A DNA stretch of 62,951 bases, filler included, from Reticulomyxa filosa (taxonomy: Eukaryota; Protista; Foraminifera): the NCBI GenBank assembly GCA_000512085.1. It is 21 parts of 21 records of this genome, joined end to end, with 100 filler letters (N's around TTAATTAATTAA, not from the genome) between each part and the next. Parts side by side here need not be neighbours in the genome. Positions count along the whole stretch, not along the records: positions 51,719 to 55,203 come from ASPP01001392.1; positions 55,304 to 60,672 come from ASPP01009324.1; positions 60,773 to 61,851 come from ASPP01027917.1; positions 61,952 to 62,951 come from ASPP01041365.1; 17 more parts are not named here. One strand, given 5' to 3'. Of the stretch, positions 52,525 to 62,951 are shown one piece after another. Position numbers and translations under genes: made by a program. Below the pieces are notes generated by a model. That model searched no databases and was not told the origin of the DNA. It was given only the letters and a program-made list of their open reading frames with translations. The number at the start of each line of letters is the position of its first letter. Positions within the stretch are counted from its first letter, which is position 1.

Positions 52525-55092
52525 TGTTTATAGTGAATGTTGTATTTACAAGTTTAAGAAAGTTGTTTGAAAAGAAAAAAGCTCAAATCTTTTTTTCCGC
52601 AAACGCATAAAACATACCAGAGCATGCTTGTGTTAGATTCATTTCCAAAAAATCAACAGAGCCTGAGAAAGAAAACATAACAAAAAGGGGCAATTATGAG
52701 TTTTTTTTAGTAGCAAAACAGAGGGGGGGGAGGGGGAAAGATGTCACACAAAAGATCCTCGTGTATACGTAGTCTCTTGTTTCAAAGAGAAAGACAATTC
52801 TCGTCTTCGTAGATATAATAGAAGTGGATATTACTTTTTTCAAATGCAATGGCCATACTTTTCGTGAATACGATTGTTCCTCTTCTATAGCAGTTCATAC
52901 GTATTTTTATTATTTGAAATTTTTTTAAGAAACAACAGTGAAAGTTATAATGACCTAACTTTGGTGATAGACAAGAGTTGTATACGCTAAGTCGGAACAA
53001 AAGAGTGACAATTCGTTAATCCAAGTTAAAACAAAGTTGGAAAACTGAACAGAATGAAAAAAATACCTAGAAAAGCTGTAAGAGTACTGTTTCACTTGTA
53101 ATCAAAAAAATTGGATTGATGAAAGTAATTATAACAAAAAAAACTCTATACAAATATCTTTTTGTCTAACTTCATACATGAAAGATGATGAAGAGAAGTA
53201 ATCGAATTTTAACAAAAAAAAAACCAACAATCCCAATTGTATTTATCAGATTGGTCAGAAAAACTATTCAAATTTCTACCTTCTTTTTTCTGTTCATTCC
53301 TAAATTAAACGAAATGAATTTTTTTTTTTTTTTATGAAAAGAATAATAAACACAAATACTCAAAAAAAAATGGAAGGTAGTTGTTTTATGGAATATTTTA
53401 AAAGTCAAAAACACTCAGGATGATCAAAGACTTTTTGATCACGCTCTGACCTTGAGATAAGGAGTCTAGAATTTTTGTGTTTGTCTTCTTCGATGAACTG
53501 TTCACGTTCTCACTTCACGGCGATAGAGTCTCTTTGTCCATATAATATAGGACAACACAACACAAAACAAGTTTTGAGACTTTTGACAAATAAATAATAA
53601 TAATAATAATAAAATAACATTTTTTAACCAAATGGTGTGATGGAAGCCTATCAAACACCAGTTGCAAAGCTGTATAGCTTCCTTTTTTCACCCAAAGTAT
53701 TGATTGAATTGCAAATTCAAAAATATTGCATTGATCATTCGATTACATTGTTGCACCGAAGTTGTCATACTCGTTATCGTTTTGCTTTTTGATTAGAGAT
53801 ATATCATAGTTAATTCTATTTCATTAAAAATTCGTTTTGTTAAATTTCATTCTTTGTAAACAGGAATATTAATTTTTTGTAATTTGAGTTATTCTGAGAC
53901 AACAAACTGAATTCAAAAGTATATTTCGAAATATTATCCCACTGTTTTAAATCTATTAAGCATATTTAAGTAGTATTTTTCATTAGATCTTTGTCTTGTC
54001 CAAGACTTTGGATTAATTTATACAAATATCAACACAACGCAGCCAAATATTTTTTTATTTTAAAGATTCAGAAATTTGAGTGAAAATATAATTATTTCTT
54101 TTTGAAGAAAGTACTTTAAAAAAAATCACAAAACTAATTTTGATTTATTATGGAAAAAATCAATTATTTTTATAAGATTGGAATTTAAAATAACAGTATT
54201 ATTCACTTTCTGTATTTTAAGTATTTTTAGATAGAAATTAAAATATTTGTATATTATTTCAATTTTAATTATATTTGATTAGACTTTTCATTTACAAAAT
54301 CAACTGTCAAAATCAATAAAAGATAATATATTTGATAATAATTTGATCAAAATCATCGATTCAACCAATTTTATCTTTAAAATTCAAACCCAATGATGAA
54401 TAACAAATTTATTTCATTTTTGAACTGTTCGTTATTTGTTAATCGGCTGTTATCTTTATCATATTCTATTGATAATCCTGTCTTTCTACAAAACAACAGT
54501 ATTTGATAATTTTGTTAATTTTTTTCTTTATTTCTTGTCTATTTTCTGACTTTGCCAAACAGCACAGTTGCAACTTTTCTAAAGATTTTTGAAAAATCAA
54601 ATCAAATTTAAAATATTTCATGTAATTTTAAATAAATAAGTATCATTTAAACCTAAAGTAGTATAATTACACAATTCGAAATTGCTCTAAATTTAAAAAG
54701 TGTTCATATGAGAAAATTACTTTTTATTTTCATTTTGCATTAAGAATTAACTATACTTTTCTGCGTTTTTTTGAAGTTCATCATTCCCATTTTCTAAAAT
54801 GGATATAGCAAATGTTTGTTTTGTTTTTTCCTTTTTGTATTAACATTTATTGTTAAAAATTTTTGAGTAAATAAACGTAATAAAAAAATGATTTATTTGG
54901 ATGATATCCAAAACAGTAAAGCGCTGTAAATTATTTTCAACTGGCAAATATAATATATATTTACATTAATTATGATTACTTAATTTATTTATCTACAAGT
55001 TCATTTGAAAGTTTGTTTTTTTGTTTTCATTAATGAACAACTCAAGTAATAATTGTACATTTTTTTTGAACGATTTCATTCATATTGACAAA

Positions 55093-55180
55093 TCTTGTAG
55101 TTTTTAAATATGAAATTGGTTTTTTAATAACTTTTTTTTTGTTGGATGAAATCACTATTTTTTAAAAAATCATTTGAAAG
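55093..55180 (+). mobile_element. Partial Tc1-like sub-terminal repeat
   Basis: CTTGTAGTTTTTAAATATGAAATTGGTTTT is the reverse complement of ~33900-33929. Confidence 0.55.
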
Positions 55181-56325
55181 AATGTTGATTTCATCCAACA
55201 AAANNNNNNNNNNNNNNNNNNNNNNNNNNNNNNNNNNNNNNNNNNNNTTAATTAATTAANNNNNNNNNNNNNNNNNNNNNNNNNNNNNNNNNNNNNNNNN
55301 NNNGATATCGTTTTATGCTTTCAGTTTTCTTTGCAACCTACTGTATTATATAATTCTTGCTCACATTATGGCCTCCATCTGATTTCTGTATCTAAACAAT
55401 ATTCGCATTCTTCCAGATTTTGGCCATTTATATAATTATCAAATCAACTAATGATAATGTAATTGAATCAATAATCGCTTAACAACCATTATTTATCGTT
55501 TTATTGTGTATATTGTATGATCATCGTTCTTTATTCTCTAATGTATGTCGCAATTATTCAATTATCTCACTTTTTTTGTGCTTATTCCTATTTGTAAATA
55601 AATATATTTCATCATTTTTCACCATACCAACAACTGATTCTATTTCATCTTCGACCAATTGATAATGCTATTCTGTTTCATTTGAGAAATCAGGAAATTG
55701 TTGATGTTAATCAAACTATTATACCAACAATTCCACTTTGCTTGTGGTATTTTTATTCCAATATTTTATTTTCGTTTGATCATATCTCAAATTTTTAATA
55801 ATTATGATGAAAGTTTGATTCGAGCGCTATGATATTTTTTATTGCAGTATTACAGCGAATGTAATAGTACTTTGCAGCGATTTTCATTTAATAAAAAAAG
55901 AAAATACAACTCACTTTATTTAAACACTTGTATGTATTACATTTTCTTTTCAAACGCCTGCTCAATAAGATTGATATTCTACAACATATCCTAAAACAAA
56001 AAATGGGTTAGCATGGCCGAAAACAAAAGAGTAAAGCAATTATTTTATAGAGTTAGTTTTTAGGATTTGACCATAATAGATCAATATGATGAAACATTAA
56101 CTAATACAGAACACATTGCACATCACGCACGAAAATTGTTATAAAAAGAAATTGAAAGTACCAGATACTGCCTCTATTAAATGTGACAATCAATTGGCAG
56201 AAAAGGAAAGGAAGAAAAAGACTAAGCCCGATAGTGTAAAAAGAAACCTTCTTAGTCATAACTTGGTATTTTTTCGCGAGGAGTTGTCACAAAAAAAAGC
56301 AAAACGAATGCCATCCTTGGATTAA

Positions 56326-58113
56326 TTAAGATCGCTGGAGCAAATGAGGATAATTGTTTGCCATATCACTATACATTTGATCCAAAACATCTTTCAAAGT
56401 CTGGATATTGATGGTCATGGAGAAATTGAAATAAGAAGTGAAATTGTCAGGAATTAAATACCAATAGTGCAAACTGGCGGCTTGCGCCAATGCATAGTAG
56501 TCACTTCGAAAGCGCTCTGTTTTAATAAAAACGTCTGAAAATTCCAACACATATGTGTTGGGACAAGCAAAGATCAAATTGGCAAACTTGCCTCCATGGG
56601 GTCCAATGATGAACAAAGATCTAGAAACGATGTCCCTGTCGTAATCAAAGGGTTTGTTTTGGACCACGAATTCGACAAACTTTAGTGGTTTTGTTTGTTT
56701 GGGATTATTGTTTTTTTCCTGTGTCCAGCGTTCGATGACAGCGACGACATTGTTGTGGTTTTTGACATTGCGCTGAGAAGAGCCGTGTCGAGACAGATAC
56801 AACACAGTATCTCTGTCGACGTCCCTACGTCCATTTGTGAGCAAGTGTTGAATGGGCCCGAGGATGCCCCTCGGGAACAACTTGAAGCTGCGAGGATTGT
56901 TCAAGCTGAGAAAATACGGAGTGATCATCACGTCGCTGTAATACGTAAACTTGGTCGTCACACACCAGCCAGTGTGCGGCAAGACCCGGTCTGAGATGCG
57001 CAGCAGGTCTCGCCAAAACCAAATGTGAATGTCCCTACTTTCGTTACTTTGTACATATTGTGTGTATGTATGAGTGCATATTACGTGTATTTACGGATTG
57101 AAGTATGCATTATGGTTTGAGCGAATACGTGGAAAATAAACACAAGGAAATACAAGGACAGAGACAATAGACAAAAAACAATGGACAAACAAAGAAACGC
57201 ACACACACCTTGACGCGGAAGACACAATTTTGATATGTTTGTGCTGTGGCAACATAAGCCAATCGTACACGAGCGCAAGACGAGGGACCACTTCGATCGC
57301 AAAGTGCTGAAAGGCGTCGCTGCTCCAACCGTTGATCAACAGAACGGGGGCGTCAATCACTTGGATGTCTTTGTCCTTCCAGCAGGATATAGACCCCATT
57401 TGCATACCCATGTCGAAAAAGTATTCGCTATTGAACATCGAAAAGTCAGCCACAAATCCAGGCGAGTGCACCAGCACGCCCATGTGCGGAGAGGTAAAGT
57501 TCAAATACCATTCGATGGGCGTTTGACTGTCCTTCATTACATATGGCCGTGGTGGATGTGGCTGCGATAAGTTGACGGGTCCTGCTTTCGTTCCTTCTTT
57601 CAGTATTTTCGTACACATCTTCAAATGCGTCGGGCTGTGCAAATGCAATCGCATTTCCTTTGTATCTTTTTCTTCAATGTTTGAGACGGATGTGACCAGT
57701 GATTCCAATTTCTTTCCATCTTTCCATGTTCGACACTTCTTGTTCGATTGTTCCACATTGGCACAGTACACCAGGCTTGACTGTTCTAGCTTCCAGTGTC
57801 CAAAGTCGTTGTCTATTATTTCCTTTATCTCGGACAGTGATACGTTTATTAACCTGCTGTTCTCAAATTCTGGTGTTGAATGTGGTGCCAACATTTCACT
57901 CTTTTTCGTGCTGTCGTCCTCGCTTGTATTCACTATTACGTGACCTTCTTTATTCAATAGGATCACTACTGGTAGCTTCGACAGCTCGTTCATTTCATTT
58001 TCCCAACGGAATCTTGTCCAGTAGCGTGAGGACACTGTCCCCAGTACTATTATCACTCCCAGTCCTAACAATAAGGGATAATACGAGAAAAGATAAGAAT
58101 GGCATCGAAGCAT
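56326..58113 (-). CDS. Glycosyltransferase family 61 (DUF563) type II membrane protein
   Basis: N-terminal TM anchor; FQHFAIEVVPRL and IIGPHGGKFANLIFA..TYVLEF motifs; intron 57035-57208 joins the two ORFs in frame. Confidence 0.82.
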
Positions 58114-58469
58114 ACCGCAAAGATCAAGCAGTTACTGAAAAGGTATGGAAGGAGAGTAATGAATAAATATTTCGAGTCCCAAGCGCAGTAAACAAGAAAC
58201 TGTCAGCGATTGGAGAGAACCAATTAAAAGTGTGCAAATGTGCTAAAGGTTGCCTATGTCATGATCGATCGTACTGCGCAAACTTGTACAGTGGTGTCAT
58301 GAAGCGATGATCTGTAATGTTACTGAAATACTGTCAACTGTCTTCATTATGAAATTCGGCAAAGTAAAATAAACTACACAGAAAGAAACAAGTGCTTTGG
58401 GGCTGTTCAACTTCAAATTAAAATATTTTTTTAAAAGCTAAAAAATCAGACATTTTTGTGAAAACAAAG

Positions 58470-59609
58470 ATGGAGCAGCGAAAAAGCAGACATAATTTGT
58501 TGATATGGGTTGCAGCAATAAGTGATTTACTAGTTACTATTTTTGCGGTGGTTGGCTTTCTGAACGTACACGGTCTGTTCTCTCACTACAATGATTATTG
58601 TTCCGACCATTTTACTGACGACTCGGACTCTTGTGTGGACGCTGTTGGGTGTGCTGCCAACAAGTATTGCCGTATCTCGGATAAGTGGTTAGGAGAAGGT
58701 AAGAGACACAGCTAAAAACTGGTTCATTTCGAGTGCCATAAAAAAAAGAAACGACAAGTTGATGTTTGTGAATAGGTAGCAACAGTTGTGGTACCGGTTG
58801 TGACACTGAAAACTGCTTTTGCAGGATTTCGGCGGTCTTGTTGGGATTGTACTTGTCATATGCTGTATTTTTGCTTTTGTCACTTGTGATTGAGGTTGTC
58901 AAAATCCTCACATTGGTAAGTGTTACTTTTGTTTGCAATATTTTTGGGATGAAGTAAAAAAACGCACGGGTTGATTGGATTGTCAAAAAAGTTCACTGCA
59001 GCTGTGAAAGACGGTCTTCCTGTTCCTATCCAAGATTCATCGCTGGCCAGTTTGACTGATTCGTGGACGTTGCTTGCATTGAGAATTATAAACAAAGGTA
59101 ATGTTACATATTATGTTCGATTATGTCAAAATGTAACGTGAAAAATACGCATGGATACGTAAACAGAACGATATGAAGAGCTGATACAAGCCAGTGAAAA
59201 TGGCAAAATGCCATTACGAACACGATTAAAAACGGCAGGATGGATCTTCCGAGATTACGTGGTCACTTTGCTTGTGTTGTTATTTATTCCAAAATTTAAC
59301 AGTTTCCCTCCCTCCTTTTATCTATATGTGATCTTTTTGGTCATTTATTGGCTCACCATTTGGAGAAAGCTTTTGTACACCGAGACAGTACGTTCAATTT
59401 TGGTACCTTCCGTGAATCCAGGTAGTCTTTTAATGCCCTCCCTTCGCTTAACAAAGAAAAAGTTTGTACATTTTTTTTTTAAGGAGTTAATGTGCCTAGT
59501 GCTTATGGATCTGGTTCCCAACAATTCCAGCAGCAAACCCAGCAACAAGTGCCAAATGATGGATATAATCATAATCAGTCAACTCGACTTGAGGTCAGTT
59601 ACCTTTTGA
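58470..59609 (+). CDS. Hypothetical multi-pass membrane protein with a Cys-rich loop (disrupted as assembled)
   Basis: TM segment, Cys-rich loop, further TM segments across introns; in-frame stop near 58955. Confidence 0.4.
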
Positions 59610-60634
59610 TAGGGGTCTTTTTTTGCGTGTAGGTAAACAAAATATTTTGTTACTATAGATCAATTGAATCTGTGAATACAAGTGATAAGAATCACGGGCG
59701 AAGATTTTTGTTGCCATTTGTTTTTATTGAAAAAAATTTTTTATAAATAGATTTTATTTGGTTTTTTTGACAAGGGAGCAAATTTTTTGTACTTCCTACT
59801 TTGCTTTTTTATAATATCAAATGTTTTTTAAAAAATAATTTTTGTGTCCGATATAAATCTCATGACATAGCACAAGGTCTTTACGTGGTTATTGTTAATT
59901 TCTTATTATAATGCAGTAAGATATATTCTACACTGATGATAACTTTTATTCACGCTCAAAAAAAATAAATAGAAATAGCAAGTGAAACAATTTCTGATGC
60001 AGAAAAGTTTTTTTTTTCGAATTAAGTTTGCCCACATTATCCAAAAGGACATAGCGCGCATAAAACATATTAATTGACACAATGATTTACAATAAAGAGA
60101 AAATTTATTTATCCGCTGTAATATTTGTTGTTTTTACTGTTGTGTTTTTGAAATTCAATGTTTGAAATAGTTGATAATTCTCTTGATTATCTTCACAATC
60201 ATCAAGTTGACACTTTCTTGAACATTAAGTTATATATTTGCATATCATGACTTCTACTGTTTTACTACAATATGATCAACAAGTGAGTTTTTACGTTTTG
60301 TCATTTTAGATATTCTTGTACTTTGTTCACTTTCAATTTCATGTTTGCAATCATTTTTTGCTACATTTTTTCATTTTAACTACATATTAAGTTTATTTTC
60401 TAAAACATTTTCACCAAGTTTCCTTTTTTCAAAGAAACATCATTATATTTTTGTTTCTTTTAAATGTATTTTGTATAGACTTTTGTTGCTTTATTTAATT
60501 TTGATTATTTGATTACTGTTTCTTGCAAAAAACAAGTTCGCAATTTTCCATTTTCTTTTGTTGACTTGCTTGTTCAATTGAATTATGTATTTAAATCACT
60601 TAATAAGCTTTTGACGAGCGATATAATGATTTAA

Positions 60635-60672
60635 TACAGTAAGATAAAAAAGAAAGTTGACACCTAAAATGC
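60635..60672 (+). mobile_element. Tc1-like TIR at the contig end
   Basis: TA|CAGTAAGATAAAAAAGAAAGTTGACACCTAAAATGC differs at two positions from the copy at 49-86. Confidence 0.8.
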
Positions 60673-60977
60673 NNNNNNNNNNNNNNNNNNNNNNNNNNNN
60701 NNNNNNNNNNNNNNNNTTAATTAATTAANNNNNNNNNNNNNNNNNNNNNNNNNNNNNNNNNNNNNNNNNNNNCATATGTTCATCCCCAAACATAAATTGG
60801 GCAATCTTTTTTTGATTTAATTTTTTTTTCAATTGTTCAATTTCAGTAAGATGATATCCTAATTAATGGTATATTTAAATGTTCATTCATATTTTTATTT
60901 TATATTATAATCATGATGAAATTGTCTTGACATATGATAGTTTATTAATTTTTTGAGTCGTTTTTACTTTAGCAGTT

Positions 60978-61040
60978 ATTAGAAATTGTTTTAGACAATT
61001 CTCTCTTGTAATCAGCGCTTCATTCATATTTTCATATTGT
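60978..61040 (-). pseudogene. Relic of a RING/TRAF-type zinc finger region
   Basis: QYENMNEALITRENCLKQFL resembles the segment preceding CLQKYF in the 26780-27620 relic. Confidence 0.4.
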
Positions 61041-61503
61041 TTTTCATCACTTGCCATTAACATATTTCCATTGTCTCTACGTTCACCAAATAATTATAAT
61101 CAAATCATCATATTTGTCACTGATAGAAATTATTACAAATACATTTTTTTATTGTTTTTGTTTTCCTAAGTATTACTTCTTGTTGAAATAATTTTAAATA
61201 TATGTTCATTATTTTCAAATTTTTCTTTACATCTTCGTCTGATTAAACAATATTGTTCTTCATTCAATATTATACAAAAAACACAATACTTGAAATACCT
61301 TGCAATTTATTTTGATATTTGCTCAACTTTCTAAAAAACATTGAACGCAATCTTTTGAATATTTAAACAACAAGTAAGATAAAACACATCTTTCAATGGT
61401 TGCATTTCAATCAAATCAAACAAATTTAATATCAACCCACTTTTCTTTTAATCAAATTTTTCAAACAAAAACAATTTCATTTCTTGTTCGATAAAAAAGT
61501 AAA

Positions 61504-61851
61504 TTATCCCCAAATACGAATGAGACCTTTCAATGAACCATAACACAAGTTCAAATCATGTTTGACATTCTTTGTCTTATTTTTCTTTTTCAATACAATA
61601 AATTTAAGACAAGCTATTCCATCATCTTCTTCATCTGCATTGATCATATATAATTCATTCTTATTTGATCGAATATCCCAAAAACGAATTGTATTATCCA
61701 TTGATCCAGAACATATCACATTTGAATTATCAATATTATTCTTTATTACAAATGGTGAATATTCCACACAAGTCACATAATCTGTATGTCCATTGAATAC
61801 TTGAATTTGTTCACTAGATCGAATGTCCCACAAACGAACACTTTTATCATA
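61504..61851 (-). CDS. WD40-repeat protein, C-terminal part (paralog of 13806-14145)
   Basis: DKSVRLWDIRSSEQIQVFNGHTDYVTCVEYSP...ICSGSMDNTIRFWDIRS...LIRIWG*. Confidence 0.92.
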   Translation of the reverse strand, partial: YDKSVRLWDIRSSEQIQVFNGHTDYVTCVEYSPFVIKNNIDNSNVICSGSMDNTIRFWDIRSNKNELYMINADEEDDGIACLKFIVLKKKNKTKNVKHDLNLCYGSLKGLIRIWG

Positions 61852-62084
61852 NNNNNNNNNNNNNNNNNNNNNNNNNNNNNNNNNNNNNNNNNNNNTTAAT
61901 TAATTAANNNNNNNNNNNNNNNNNNNNNNNNNNNNNNNNNNNNNNNNNNNNGGGTCCTCCCGAGTTCAAACCTTTAGAATAGGGACTTGTACTAAAATTA
62001 AATAAATAATATATTTGATAACAAGGTTATTTGGATATATTAGAAAGGGTTTTTCACAGTCTTTTTCAAAAAAAGACTTCTAAT

Positions 62085-62951
62085 ATGGGTAATCAAAATA
62101 AAACTCACTTTCAAAGTTTGAAAGATTTACCCTTACCATTTTATCTTCCTCAATGTATATCACATCAACATGAACTCCTCATTTGTGGAGGTACTTATCA
62201 AACTAATTGTTATTCTTATCATACAGTCAAAAACGAGTACAAATTTATCTGTTCGTATCCACGTGATATAACACTACTAGGACATTGTGTAGTGAAACTA
62301 ACAGATAATAGTAATAACAAAGATAGTAACCAAATCACTTTATTATCTTTTGGTGGAAGAAAATTTTCAACTAAACATACATTAATAATGAAATATATAA
62401 GTGTTTGGAATGATGAAAATAACAATGATAATAATTCTAATAAATGGATACCATTTACAGATACTTATAACAATCAAGTTCAAATTGGAAGATTTGGAGA
62501 TGATTATCATGGAATGCGTGCAGTGATTGGTGGAAGTAATAATCATTTGTTATTTATCACTTATCTTTTAAAGAAAATTAGTATATTTAATTTAAATACA
62601 TTTCAATTCATTAAACATGATAATTTACCAATTAAGAATGTAATGTCATTTCATTGCTTTGTATCAAAACCAGAACAAGAAATGATGAAAGCAAATAAAA
62701 AAAATTATGAGATGTTATTATTTTGTAAAGATATAGGATTATCAATAGAATATGACGAAGATGATAATACTTTTCAATTTTATCAATTACCCATTTATTA
62801 TGATTTTAGATCATTCGATAAATATGCATATGTATGTATAAATGATAGTATATTATTCTTTGGTGGATATGGACGGAAAGACAACACTTATATTTCAAAA
62901 TCAATACACGGATATTTAATACAAAGAAATATATGGATTACATTTAAACAT
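62085..62951 (+). CDS. Kelch-like beta-propeller protein, 3'-truncated (absent from the ORF track because no stop is reached)
   Basis: Open frame MGNQNKTHFQSLKDLP...LLICGG...LLSFGG...AVIGGSNNHLLFITY...ILFFGG, with GG-x-Y/W Kelch-type spacing. Confidence 0.8.
   Translation, partial: MGNQNKTHFQSLKDLPLPFYLPQCISHQHELLICGGTYQTNCYSYHTVKNEYKFICSYPRDITLLGHCVVKLTDNSNNKDSNQITLLSFGGRKFSTKHTLIMKYISVWNDENNNDNNSNKWIPFTDTYNNQVQIGRFGDDYHGMRAVIGGSNNHLLFITYLLKKISIFNLNTFQFIKHDNLPIKNVMSFHCFVSKPEQEMMKANKKNYEMLLFCKDIGLSIEYDEDDNTFQFYQLPIYYDFRSFDKYAYVCINDSILFFGGYGRKDNTYISKSIHGYLIQRNIWITFKH

Noticed and set aside
53620-53720. Weak copine-like peptide (NGVMEAYQ)
   Set aside because: One short motif in stop-ridden sequence; could be chance
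9030-61951. Recurring TTAATTAATTAA as a biological repeat or CRISPR-like array
   Set aside because: Always centred in exactly 44+44 Ns; a synthetic six-frame-stop linker
61952-61980. tRNA-like B-box GAGTTCAAAC (also GTTCGAATC on the minus strand near 42100)
   Set aside because: No pairing T-stem or cloverleaf; too short to support a call

Overview
This window is not one locus. It is 21 short contigs joined by 20 identical artificial 100-nt spacers (N44-TTAATTAATTAA-N44). Twenty contigs are AT-rich, intron-containing eukaryotic DNA read in the standard genetic code. Their gene content (expanded WD40, Kelch-like and RING/TRAF-like families, many decayed copies) looks to me like a foraminiferan such as Reticulomyxa filosa; this is recognition, not a database result. 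Recognisable genes: C2H2 zinc finger, GPR107/TMEM87-like 7TM protein, mitochondrial glutamate dehydrogenase, PPR protein, CAP-Gly protein, PIG-V, both large RNA polymerase I subunits (RPA2 and RPA1, both 5'-partial), a Pumilio/PUF protein, a DEP+PH protein, a GT61 glycosyltransferase, and WD40 and Kelch-like proteins. One GC-rich contig (32663-33713) is bacterial (kpsT-kpsE capsule export). The ORF track misses a Tc1/mariner family: a decayed transposase plus six TIR or sub-terminal copies. The most interesting signals are introns with A-rich instead of pyrimidine-rich 3' ends, a 153-bp palindrome with a GC-rich core, a PUF protein with an altered recognition code, and odd features of RPA2. 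I found no CRISPR array, rRNA or convincing tRNA, and I cannot claim a new multi-gene system.
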